A stretch of DNA of 64,000 nt from positions 32,001 through 96,000 of the IMG/VR virus record IMGVR_UViG_3300012662_000001; one strand, 5' to 3'. Of this stretch, positions 16,470-24,338 are shown piece after piece; within the stretch, counting starts at the first letter, position 1; the number at the start of each line of letters is the position of its first letter. The translations under genes and the position numbers were made by a program. The DNA is from a virus. The notes under the pieces were generated by a model that was not told where the DNA came from, did no database searches, and saw only the letters and a list, made by a program, of their open reading frames with translations.

Positions 16470-16769
16470 CTACTTCCTTCTAAATCTAACGATTGATTTT
16501 TCATTCATTAGTTCCAAAACAGAAATGGTGTATGTTTTACGTCTAAATCTTACTTCATTGTTCACCATTGTCATAGTTGTGGAATCACTTGCTGTGAGCA
16601 CGGCTCTATCCGTCCACATATCATAGGGAAGCAGAATGAAACCGTTGGACGTTGTTAGACTGTCAATTGTCCTCTGTGGGGTGTAGGTGCGTACCTCCAG
16701 ATACTGAACTCCGGAGCCACAGCCTACAAGCAACATTGCAGTCATAGTAATTATCATTAATCGTTTCAT
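16470..16769 (-). CDS. lipoprotein
   Basis: Signal peptide with a lipobox: MKRLMIITMTAMLLVGC|GSG. Confidence 0.65.
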   Translation of the reverse strand: MKRLMIITMTAMLLVGCGSGVQYLEVRTYTPQRTIDSLTTSNGFILLPYDMWTDRAVLTASDSTTMTMVNNEVRFRRKTYTISVLELMNEKSIVRFRRK

Positions 16770-17281
16770 AAGTCGTATTCCTTTGCTATTTTAACGGATT
16801 CCTCCTTGGTCATCGGGCGAACGTGATCCCAGCCCAAGTCATCAAGCAAACCCTGTGTTATGGGATAGTTCACGTGAACGTTGCCGTCCAAAGTGCAGTA
16901 GCATCTATGCTCATCATCACGGAACAGCACCACGTCCGGATAATTCTGTCTCCAGAATATAGGGTCGGAGAACGCCACCATAACGTCACTCCACTCCGTT
17001 TCCAGACCGTGCGGCCTGTCAACATTAGGTTGAACGGACATTATTGACCGAAATTCACTCTCTGTGAGACGTCTTGCAGGTGCTTGCAGTGAACTGGACT
17101 GTTGCTGTTCCAGAAGTCGCTGTAACTCGGTGTTCTTGATCGTAAGCTCCTCAATCAGAGCGTTGGCGTTGTCAAGCTCCTTCTGTAGATCCTTGACCTC
17201 ACGTTCCTTGAAATACATCTTTCTTTCAAGGCGGTCTATCTCCGCCTTGAAAGTTTGCATATTTTGTTCTATCACTGACAT
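16766..17281 (-). CDS. hypothetical protein with an N-terminal coiled coil
   Basis: 171-aa ORF with a heptad-like N-terminus (KAEIDRLERKMYFKEREVKDLQKELDNANALIEELTIKNTELQRLLEQ). Its stop overlaps the ATG of the downstream lipoprotein gene. Confidence 0.6.
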   Translation of the reverse strand: MSVIEQNMQTFKAEIDRLERKMYFKEREVKDLQKELDNANALIEELTIKNTELQRLLEQQQSSSLQAPARRLTESEFRSIMSVQPNVDRPHGLETEWSDVMVAFSDPIFWRQNYPDVVLFRDDEHRCYCTLDGNVHVNYPITQGLLDDLGWDHVRPMTKEESVKIAKEYDL

Positions 17282-17283
17282 TG

Positions 17284-17856
17284 TTAGTCCTTTAATGCAG
17301 TGTCCTGATTTATCTCCCCGATACCGAACTCCTTATAGTCTCGACCAATGAAGACGATGTAGATTCTTGAAGCATAAGGCTTGTCCCAGAACTGATAATT
17401 GTATCTAAATGTATGCTGATGTTCTGTAAGATACATAATCTCTTCTCGAGGATTGCCATCACTATGATAGTTATAGACTTCACATTCCTTTTCCAGTATC
17501 TTACAGTATTCCTCTATTGCCTGTTGTCTGTTGGAACTTACACCGTCTTCCTTGAATAAAGGGAGTGTCTTTATCATTCGAGTGTCACTCCAGATAATAT
17601 TCTTGCTGTTGGCCGCAAGCATAACTTCCCCAATGGATCTCAATCCAGCATCACTGCATCTACCAAAGTTGATATAGACCTGATTATAGCCGACTACTTC
17701 ATAGGAAACATTTCCCTTGCGAAGCTCTGAAAGCAGAACTGTGAGATTACCACCGACGTGCATTTCCTCGATGGAGAAGAAATCAGCGGCATAGACTGAA
17801 ATCGAAAGACAAAATGCTGCAATGACAGCAGCGATAATTGTAATAAATCTTTTCAT
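17284..17856 (-). CDS. secreted hypothetical protein
   Basis: Signal peptide MKRFITIIAAVIAAFCLSISVYA|AD. Confidence 0.6.
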   Translation of the reverse strand: MKRFITIIAAVIAAFCLSISVYAADFFSIEEMHVGGNLTVLLSELRKGNVSYEVVGYNQVYINFGRCSDAGLRSIGEVMLAANSKNIIWSDTRMIKTLPLFKEDGVSSNRQQAIEEYCKILEKECEVYNYHSDGNPREEIMYLTEHQHTFRYNYQFWDKPYASRIYIVFIGRDYKEFGIGEINQDTALKD

Positions 17857-17869
17857 AATACGAAATTGT

Positions 17870-18823
17870 CTATAGTTGTGAAAATATGTGTTTCAGTAGA
17901 ATGCCAACGAAGTTCACGTCCCAGCCGTTGCCAGCTCTGTTCCAGAGTTGATTGGGTGTCAGTCCGGCATAGTCAAGTTCACCGTCTCTAAACCCCATAA
18001 ATCTGAATCGTTCATCAGCGGACATACGTCTGACAATTTCTCTTCCGTCACGTGGCGGCTCAACCACATAGAAAACGTTGTGTTCCTCCAGTATGGTTCC
18101 AGAGAGACCGTCCGTGCGAACCTTGCGATTGTAGAGGTCGAGATTGGCGGCTTCAGTGACCTGAAGCTGATTGCCGAGCCTGTACTTCTCTTTGATGTAC
18201 TGTATACGCTTATCACTAAGATACAGTGATGGGTCTGGGTGCTCGTCAAGAAGATCCTTGAAGCGCAGACTAGAAGGACACTTCGATGGAACAATACTGA
18301 ACCCCTCCGGAAGACCTCCAAGCCGTGCGAATATCCAGACACGTTCCCTGTTCTGCGGTATGCCGTAGTCCTTGCTGTTCATAAGGCCGTAGGCGATATC
18401 ACCATAGCCAAGCTCCTTGAATGCGTCTTTGATAAGGTTAAATGTCTCTTCAAACTTCCTGGATAGGAAGCCCTTGACATTCTCCAGAAGAACATACTTC
18501 GGCTTCTTAACGGAGCACACATAGATGATGTCAGCGAAAAGTGTGCCACGACCATAGCGGTCTCTTTCTCCTTCCTGATCACCTATGAGGCTGAACGGCT
18601 GACACGGAAAGCCGCCTGTGAACAGGTCAAAGTCAGGCAGCTCCTCTGGATTCAACTTGGTGATGTCACCGTAGTTCCTGATGTCAGGGAAGTTAGCGGC
18701 CAAAAGTTTGTTGGCATCCTTGTTGATGTCGGACTGACCCACTACCTTAAACGGTATTCCGGAGCGTCTTAGACCGAATGACGCTCCACCGTATCCTGCG
18801 AATGTTTCAAATACTCGTAGCAT
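17870..18823 (-). CDS. dcm: DNA (cytosine-5)-methyltransferase
   Basis: Motif I FETFAGYGG, motif IV GGFPCQPFS, motif VI LLENVKG, motif VIII QNRERVWIF, motif X GNGWDV. Confidence 0.92.
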   Translation of the reverse strand: MLRVFETFAGYGGASFGLRRSGIPFKVVGQSDINKDANKLLAANFPDIRNYGDITKLNPEELPDFDLFTGGFPCQPFSLIGDQEGERDRYGRGTLFADIIYVCSVKKPKYVLLENVKGFLSRKFEETFNLIKDAFKELGYGDIAYGLMNSKDYGIPQNRERVWIFARLGGLPEGFSIVPSKCPSSLRFKDLLDEHPDPSLYLSDKRIQYIKEKYRLGNQLQVTEAANLDLYNRKVRTDGLSGTILEEHNVFYVVEPPRDGREIVRRMSADERFRFMGFRDGELDYAGLTPNQLWNRAGNGWDVNFVGILLKHIFSQL

Positions 18824-18825
18824 AA

Positions 18826-19098
18826 TTATCTGTAGTTTTGGATTTTCTCGAAAAAGACATTAATGGCTTCCAGAATGGCCTGAAGATCCAGACCGCTGAA
18901 CTCTGACGGCTCATATTCATTACCCCAGATGTCGGCCACGTTGATCCAACCGTTCCCCTTGCGAATCACTGACTTAATCTGTGCGAAGTCACCGTTAACA
19001 GTTGCACAGTCAAGTGGGTGTGAAAAGAAAAGTTCCGTGTTAAGAGGAAGAGTGGACTTGATGAATGACTTAAAGTCAGAAACTGAAAAACGTGCCAT
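18826..19098 (-). CDS. hypothetical protein
   Basis: The track ORF starts at TTG 19125; the first ATG is 19098 (MARFSVSDFKSF...). It is the first gene after the minus-strand promoter cassette. Confidence 0.55.
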   Translation of the reverse strand: MARFSVSDFKSFIKSTLPLNTELFFSHPLDCATVNGDFAQIKSVIRKGNGWINVADIWGNEYEPSEFSGLDLQAILEAINVFFEKIQNYR

Positions 19099-19153
19099 AA
19101 TGCAAAGCAAAATAAAAACCAACAAACAAAGGCAACCAACCTGATTGCAAGTG

Positions 19154-19186
19154 CAAAGGTAGTCATCTTTCTTGGAAATCCAAGGA
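19154..19186 (-). promoter_or_regulatory. phage promoter cassette driving the minus-strand island
   Basis: The minus strand reads tccttggatttccaagaaagatgacTACCTTTG. It matches the plus-strand cassette at 8234-8266 at 29 of 33 positions. Confidence 0.6.
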
Positions 19187-19211
19187 TTTTATCAAGAATT
19201 TTCTAAAAAAT

Positions 19212-20003
19212 CTATTCGTCCAAAGATGGGTTTTTATTACTCATACAGCCGTTATCTGTAACCTTAAATCTTATGCCAATAACACGAGCCCTTTTCTTGG
19301 CAATCACCTTTTTAAGAATATATTCATACTCGAATGTAAGCCTACATCCTCTATCATCAATCTCCTTTTTACATTCCTTAATATAGTCCGTAACAAAGCG
19401 ATTAGTGTCTATCTGTTCTGGACAGTCCAGCCGCTTGCGAAGTTCCTGCAAGTCCGCATCCCAAACTCCAGCACCATATTTAGGATGCTTGCGGTTAAGG
19501 TTTTCTGACAAATAAAGGTACAAATTCATAGATGTAGGCCGTTGAAGAGCCATAAAAGATTGAACACAAAAAGAAGCATAACCTGTTTTCTTGGAAAAGT
19601 CCAACAACCATCTAAGAGAACGTGGTGGAATTCCCACCCAATATCTTCCATCCTTATTTAGAAGAGTGTAGAATAGAGGAAATGTAGCCTTTCTACCTTG
19701 TTCATCCACTTCATCTATGACGTTAATCTGCGTCATCTTTTCAAGTAGAGATCTTACACTGCCATTATGAGACATTACATATTTAGGTTCGATCTCTACT
19801 TCAAATTCAGAAAGGCTGTTTAGTGGAAAAATTTGTTTTAACCTTTCTGTGTCAAGAGTTTTCCAGTCCACTTCTTCATTTCCTGGAATAAATTCCTGCA
19901 AGGCTTCCACTACAACAGCCCAACAGCGTTTCTGTCGAGCAGAACTGTATTTTGTCACATCTCTTGTTGCACGTTTCGTTGTGCGTAAAATTCTTTTGCT
20001 CAT
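19212..20003 (-). CDS. putative iteron-binding replication initiator (Rep paralog 2)
   Basis: The ATG at 20003 (MSKRILRTTKRATRDVTKYSSARQKRCWAVVVEALQEFIP...) aligns with the Rep1 N-terminus. Shared blocks include IDEVDE.G....PLFY, PRSL.WLL.F.KK.GY.SFCVQSF and IRF.VTDNG. The -7 box TATATTTG (minus strand, 20024-20031) and four tandem repeats lie upstream. Confidence 0.6.
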   Translation of the reverse strand: MSKRILRTTKRATRDVTKYSSARQKRCWAVVVEALQEFIPGNEEVDWKTLDTERLKQIFPLNSLSEFEVEIEPKYVMSHNGSVRSLLEKMTQINVIDEVDEQGRKATFPLFYTLLNKDGRYWVGIPPRSLRWLLDFSKKTGYASFCVQSFMALQRPTSMNLYLYLSENLNRKHPKYGAGVWDADLQELRKRLDCPEQIDTNRFVTDYIKECKKEIDDRGCRLTFEYEYILKKVIAKKRARVIGIRFKVTDNGCMSNKNPSLDE

Positions 20004-20066
20004 TTCGTTTGTAATTTGATGCACAAATATACAAATTATTTTCATAAACTATAATCCGTTCGTCTG

Positions 20067-20152
20067 TGGGGGGTTTTACACCTCTATTTGGGGGGTTTTA
20101 CACCTCTATTTGGGGGGTTTTACACCTCTATTTGGGGGGTTTTACATTTCTG
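20067..20152. repeat. iterons: 3 exact copies and 1 diverged copy of tggggggttttacacctctatt (22 bp)
   Basis: Copies at 20067-20088, 20089-20110 and 20111-20132, with a diverged copy at 20133-20152. They are contiguous with no spacers. The ACACCTC core is shared with the Rep1 iterons. Confidence 0.85.
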
Positions 20153-20221
20153 TAAAATTCTGTAAATGAAATAGTTATCGGGAAAAGAGGCCTCCTGTAA
20201 TAGTAGGGGTAATAGATATTG

Positions 20222-20293
20222 GGTAATAGTATGATTGTTTATTGATAGTATTACTCCTAAAGTCGTAATACATATCACAATCATACTATTACC
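20222..20293. repeat. 16-bp perfect inverted repeat flanking an A/T-rich spacer
   Basis: ggtaatagtatgattg (20222-20237) pairs with caatcatactattacc (20278-20293). Neighbouring taatagta repeats resemble aaatagtaggaaatagta near the Rep1 iterons (about 7711-7730). Confidence 0.75.
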
Positions 20294-20614
20294 TGAAATA
20301 GAAGGGAAATTAAGAAAAGGGAACCGAAACGTCACATCTGAAAATGGAGGGGCTTCGAAAGGGGACTCCTCCCTTACGGTCGGAGGTCTTGTCTTCCCCT
20401 TTCTACGCCCAGGAGAGGGTCGACAGAGCGACCCTGTTTCCTTATAGGAGAATCCTGTATGAAATGCCGTTATACAAACAGTCGTGTCAAGGCCGCAAAG
20501 AATTCAACATTCTTCCCTTCACACGCTTGAGAACGGATAGCATAGATGGGCAGTGCAGTTCCCTATGAAAGTCGTTTATGGAGCAGACATAAAAAGACAC
20601 ATAGCGAAAAGACG

Positions 20615-20640
20615 GTTGGTTCGATTCCACCTCCGTGGCC
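20615..20640 (+). other. tRNA 3'-half-like fragment (T-arm plus acceptor strand), not a complete tRNA
   Basis: gttgg TTCGATT ccacc tccgtgg cc has a canonical GGTTCGATTCC T-loop with one stem mismatch. No complementary 5' acceptor strand (ccacgga) is found within 100 nt upstream, and there is no CCA. Confidence 0.45.
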
Positions 20641-20945
20641 TAATTATTTCGGCCTTGTGCTGTAACGTGTTTTGTATTTGATTTGTGATTAGGTGAATTT
20701 GTCAGTTTTTAGACGATTTAGGCGATGTTTGATGTTGGTTCAGTGTAGTTGTCAGGTTTGTGATTAGTTTGTTCCTATATTGCGTAGAATTTTAGTTTGG
20801 ATATCATATTTACGAAAAATTGAGTTTTATCAGTAGTTTTAGAGTTTACAGAATTTTTCTTTTTCGTGTCATTATGCAGGTCGTCCACCGTCTGGGAAGT
20901 AAGGTTCTCCACGGTGGGCATTTTTATGAAAAATCGTGAAAAGTT

Positions 20946-21033
20946 CATTGGAAATTTCAGAAAGGCCACTATATTTGTAGTGTGATAAGACAGAGTGATA
21001 GTTCTTTTAATAGGCTTGTTCTGCCTATATTTG
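20946..21033 (+). promoter_or_regulatory. two tandem promoter-like elements upstream of the 21060 gene
   Basis: cattggaaatttcagaaaggccacTATATTTG (20946-20977) and a second TATATTTG at 21026-21033. Confidence 0.5.
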
Positions 21034-21059
21034 TATCACGAAATTTTAATTCTTTAGAT

Positions 21060-22622
21060 ATGGCAGAAAAGAAATTGGTTCCAGTCGAGAGGTTCAGGGA
21101 GGTTGCCCTGAACAACGGCTATGAAGTGTTTGATGAGACACAGGTGGCGGACTATGCCAAGGACGCTATGATGAAGTCTCAGGCAGGTGTTCTTTCAAAG
21201 GAGGACAAGGATGAGTTCGCCGTGGAGATGGCGGGACTTATGAAGGCTATCTGTGCGAATGGGGACGGCAGTCAGTGCACTCTCTACTATCGCAAGCCGC
21301 TTGTTGACTGGAAAGTTGACGGCAACGGTGTCGTGATGAAGGGGATCGCAGGAACGTACACTGACACCCCTGAGAACAGAAAGTTGAATCGTGTGGGTCA
21401 GGCTTATGTTCCAAGTTCTGATGTTATTAAGTCTATCTATGGTGCTGGAAAGGAGGACATCGAGGAGAATAAGGTTGATGCTGAGATGGCAGAACAGGCC
21501 TCTTTCATTAGAAAGTCCTGTGCCGTTGTGGCCGCTGATGCGGAGAGAAGACTTGCCCTTGGTGAGATTGATGAAAAGCTCTGCAAGTCAGTGAAGACCG
21601 AGGTTGGTATGTATCTGACTTCGTGGGGTGACACGCTTGATGAGTGCTGCGACGTTGTGAAGTCTGAGGACTTGGCTGACGTGCGTGAGGACTTGGCTGA
21701 CGCCAAGGCGGCATTTGTTGACATTGTCAAGGCCGCTCACGGTCGCTATGCTGACACCGCCAAGAATAGAAGACTGCATCGTGTTGGTCAGGAGTACGGC
21801 AAGGCGGCTCAGGAGAAGGACAAAGATGAGAAGAAGCAGGGTGCGACTGATGGTGTATCAGGTGGGAAGCCGTCTCGCAATGGTGATTCCGTGAAACGTG
21901 ATCTTTCCATTCTTGAGGAGAACAAGGATAGGATTGTTGAGAAGTACGGCCAGGAAGCCTATGATAGGAAAGTTGAAACCCTAAAGAAGGAGGGTGATGA
22001 CTACGAGCAGAAGGAGACCGTGAAGCAACTCAAGGAGCGTGCTGACAAGCAGGACGCTGAGGAGGAGGAACGCAAAAAGGCTGATAAGAGAGCCAAGCGT
22101 CAGGAGAAGCGCAGAGCACGTCACGCAGCCAAGCGTGAGGCCGCTAAAAAGGCCAAGGAGGAAGTCGAAGTCAAGGCAAAGGCTGAAGTGGAGAAACAGC
22201 ATCCTGAGGAGAAAGAACAACCTGAAAAGAATGCGAATAGCATTGAGTTGACTTCTAAGGGCATTAAGGACTATGTTGACAAGAATAGCAGTACCCCTGA
22301 TGCTCGTATGCAAGCGATGGCCGCAGCCTATAAGGCACTCAAGGATAGTGGCAAGAGTAAGAAAGTTGACACGTTTGTTAAGGAGGTGTCAACTGGAAGT
22401 CCAAAAGTTGATATGGTTACACGGAAGTATGTGGAAGCTACTATGGCTGGAGCCACACACGAGGAAGCCAAGGCGTTTGCTGAAAAGGAGTTCAACTTAC
22501 TTGAGCACGGTATTCAGATGGCTCAGACTGCCATAGAGGACAATCTTCCTCAAGGTATGGCACAGCATTTGATGAAGACAGCCTATGCCGTCTTTGATAA
22601 GGCGAAGTTTACAAAGAAGTAG
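21060..22622 (+). CDS. Lys/Glu-rich protein carrying two copies of a G.Y.D...NR.L.RVGQ.Y motif; function unknown
   Basis: The track ORF starts at GTG 20982; I prefer the ATG at 21060 (MAEKKLVPVERF...). Motifs are GTYTDTPENRKLNRVGQAYVP and GRYADTAKNRRLHRVGQEYGK. A long KE-rich tract is present (KKADKRAKRQEKRRARHAAKREAAKKAKEE). The C-terminal module is shared with the next gene. Confidence 0.65.
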   Translation: MAEKKLVPVERFREVALNNGYEVFDETQVADYAKDAMMKSQAGVLSKEDKDEFAVEMAGLMKAICANGDGSQCTLYYRKPLVDWKVDGNGVVMKGIAGTYTDTPENRKLNRVGQAYVPSSDVIKSIYGAGKEDIEENKVDAEMAEQASFIRKSCAVVAADAERRLALGEIDEKLCKSVKTEVGMYLTSWGDTLDECCDVVKSEDLADVREDLADAKAAFVDIVKAAHGRYADTAKNRRLHRVGQEYGKAAQEKDKDEKKQGATDGVSGGKPSRNGDSVKRDLSILEENKDRIVEKYGQEAYDRKVETLKKEGDDYEQKETVKQLKERADKQDAEEEERKKADKRAKRQEKRRARHAAKREAAKKAKEEVEVKAKAEVEKQHPEEKEQPEKNANSIELTSKGIKDYVDKNSSTPDARMQAMAAAYKALKDSGKSKKVDTFVKEVSTGSPKVDMVTRKYVEATMAGATHEEAKAFAEKEFNLLEHGIQMAQTAIEDNLPQGMAQHLMKTAYAVFDKAKFTKK

Positions 22623-22639
22623 AAAAATTCACAGAGCAC

Positions 22640-22672
22640 TCCTTGGAATCTCCTGAGGAGTGCTTATATTTG
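22640..22672 (+). promoter_or_regulatory. hairpin plus promoter cassette
   Basis: agcactcc(ttggaatctcctg)aggagtgct, then TATATTTG at 22665-22672. Confidence 0.55.
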
Positions 22673-22694
22673 CATTGTGAAAAAATTGAGAGTT

Positions 22695-23876
22695 ATGTTA
22701 ATAGAGAAATCAAGAAGTGGTGTCTATCAGGACAATCCGGAAAATAGGCGGCTGCATCGTGTCGGTCAACGCTATGGTGAACAGAAACAATCGGAGGAAA
22801 AGAAAGGTGGTGATGATGGTGTAAGGGATGTGGAGATTGTTACTTCCAAGCAGGGGGTTAAGACATTTCTTTCCGGGAAAGTTGGTGGCGACTACTATAA
22901 GGCTGTTGCTGAAGCCCATAAGGCATTAAAGAGAAGTGGTAAGAATAAGTCTGTTTCTCTTATGCTTGCTGAATCCGGAAGCGGTGAGCCGTCCAAGGAT
23001 GTTCCTGCAAGGAAATATGTGGAAGCTGTTAATGGTGGTGCTTCTCACGATGAGGCCGTCGTCTTTGCCAATGGCTGTTACGATGAACTTCTGGCAAAGA
23101 TAAAGAACGTTCAGGAAAAGGTTCATAGCGAGGGTGTTAGCTCTTCCGCTTCTACGAAGATGTTTGCGGCTGTGAACAAGTGGTTTAATGATCAGAAGTT
23201 TGAGAAGAAAGTTATTTCAGAATCTAAATCCATTGCTGATAGAATGAAGGAAGCAGGGTTTAAGCAGACTAATGAGGGGTGGGAGAAGTCCAATGGGGAT
23301 ATAACTGTGTCAGTTAAGAAACTAGCTTCGGGATATTACATTGGTGCAAATGATGGTAAACCCAAAACTTTAGTGCCTACACAGGCACATTTTTCTGGAG
23401 ATCCATTTGAAAAGATGCTTGCGGCTGTTGACAAGCGTCTTGTTTCTGCGGAAGCAGCCAGAAAACAGGCTGAGGAGATTGATAGAGGGGTTCGTGCGGC
23501 AGAGGAGAAGCACAATCTGGAGGAGATTAAGCGAATTAATGAGAAGATGAATGCTTTTATGAAGAAGCAGCCCGACGCTGATAAGAAATCGACTGAAACG
23601 TCGGAAAAACCGACTTCACGTGTCACGTTTGTTGATGTTCCACACGCCAAGGATGTAAATTTGAAGAAATATCTTACTGATTCAAGGCGTAAGCAAGTTG
23701 ATTATTTGATGAAGGCTGCAGAAGTTATGCCGAAAAGCACTTTGAAACAGATGCACGACGAAGCCGTTAAGAAGTTCAATGACAACTTTGACAGTATGAA
23801 GAAGTCAGAGCGTGCTTCCGCTCTTTATGTCATTATGAAATATAAGGACTTGATGAATAAAAAAATCCTTAAATAA
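22695..23876 (+). CDS. paralog of the preceding protein with one copy of the NRRLHRVGQ motif; function unknown
   Basis: The track ORF starts at GTG 22677; the ATG is 22695. It has GVYQDNPENRRLHRVGQRYGE. A shared module reads ...HKALKRSGKNKSV...ARKYVEAVNGGASHDEAVVFA versus ...YKALKDSGKSKKV...TRKYVEATMAGATHEEAKAFA in the upstream gene. Confidence 0.65.
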   Translation: MLIEKSRSGVYQDNPENRRLHRVGQRYGEQKQSEEKKGGDDGVRDVEIVTSKQGVKTFLSGKVGGDYYKAVAEAHKALKRSGKNKSVSLMLAESGSGEPSKDVPARKYVEAVNGGASHDEAVVFANGCYDELLAKIKNVQEKVHSEGVSSSASTKMFAAVNKWFNDQKFEKKVISESKSIADRMKEAGFKQTNEGWEKSNGDITVSVKKLASGYYIGANDGKPKTLVPTQAHFSGDPFEKMLAAVDKRLVSAEAARKQAEEIDRGVRAAEEKHNLEEIKRINEKMNAFMKKQPDADKKSTETSEKPTSRVTFVDVPHAKDVNLKKYLTDSRRKQVDYLMKAAEVMPKSTLKQMHDEAVKKFNDNFDSMKKSERASALYVIMKYKDLMNKKILK

Positions 23877-23886
23877 GGAGAAGAAT

Positions 23887-24285
23887 ATGAAAATGCACGA
23901 CGATATAGTCAAGAGAATGTCTGATGCCAAGGTGTCATTCGGTTCCATAGAGGATGTTCTTAGGGAGGGGGCAAGAAGTAAGAGCGGTGACTCCGGAGCC
24001 TATGTTGGTGACATTGAAGTTGACCTCAGTGGTTCTTATAATGAGCACGCCTGGAATTCTTCTGGCAGGAACAAGCCAAAGAAGACATATCAACTTATAA
24101 TTCACACGAAGAAGATAGACGGTGTGGATAACTTTGGTATCGTGCGAGCCTTTAATGACGGCACTCTTACAAGAGATCAGATCGAGAGTGTCACTCTTGC
24201 GGAAAGTAATCCGTGGGAGGGTTACTGGACAAAGATTAGAGAAGTGGATTTGGATGATATGCCTGTAAAGGCCGATAGAAAATAG
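23887..24285 (+). CDS. hypothetical protein
   Basis: 132-aa ORF preceded by aaggag. Confidence 0.6.
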   Translation: MKMHDDIVKRMSDAKVSFGSIEDVLREGARSKSGDSGAYVGDIEVDLSGSYNEHAWNSSGRNKPKKTYQLIIHTKKIDGVDNFGIVRAFNDGTLTRDQIESVTLAESNPWEGYWTKIREVDLDDMPVKADRK

Positions 24286-24295
24286 TTGTGGTCAG

Positions 24296-24338
24296 TTGAT
24301 ATCAATTGATTATTTCAACTTTGAAATGATTATATTTG
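24296..24338 (+). promoter_or_regulatory. palindrome plus -7 boxes upstream of the head-gene block
   Basis: ttgatatcaa is a perfect 10-bp palindrome at 24296-24305. CAACTTTG is at 24316-24323 and TATATTTG at 24331-24338. Confidence 0.5.

Noticed and set aside
20067-20152. Tandem 22-bp repeats that could be mistaken for a CRISPR array.
   Set aside because: The repeats are directly contiguous with no spacers and there are only about 4 copies. They lie next to an initiator-like gene and its promoter, and no cas genes are present. They are therefore interpreted as iterons.
20540-20645. A complete tRNA or tmRNA gene around the GGTTCGATTCC T-loop.
   Set aside because: No 5' acceptor strand complementary to tccgtgg occurs within 100 nt upstream. 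No D-arm or anticodon arm could be drawn, no CCA or tag-peptide reading frame is present, and the T-stem has a mismatch. Only a 3'-half-like fragment is reported.
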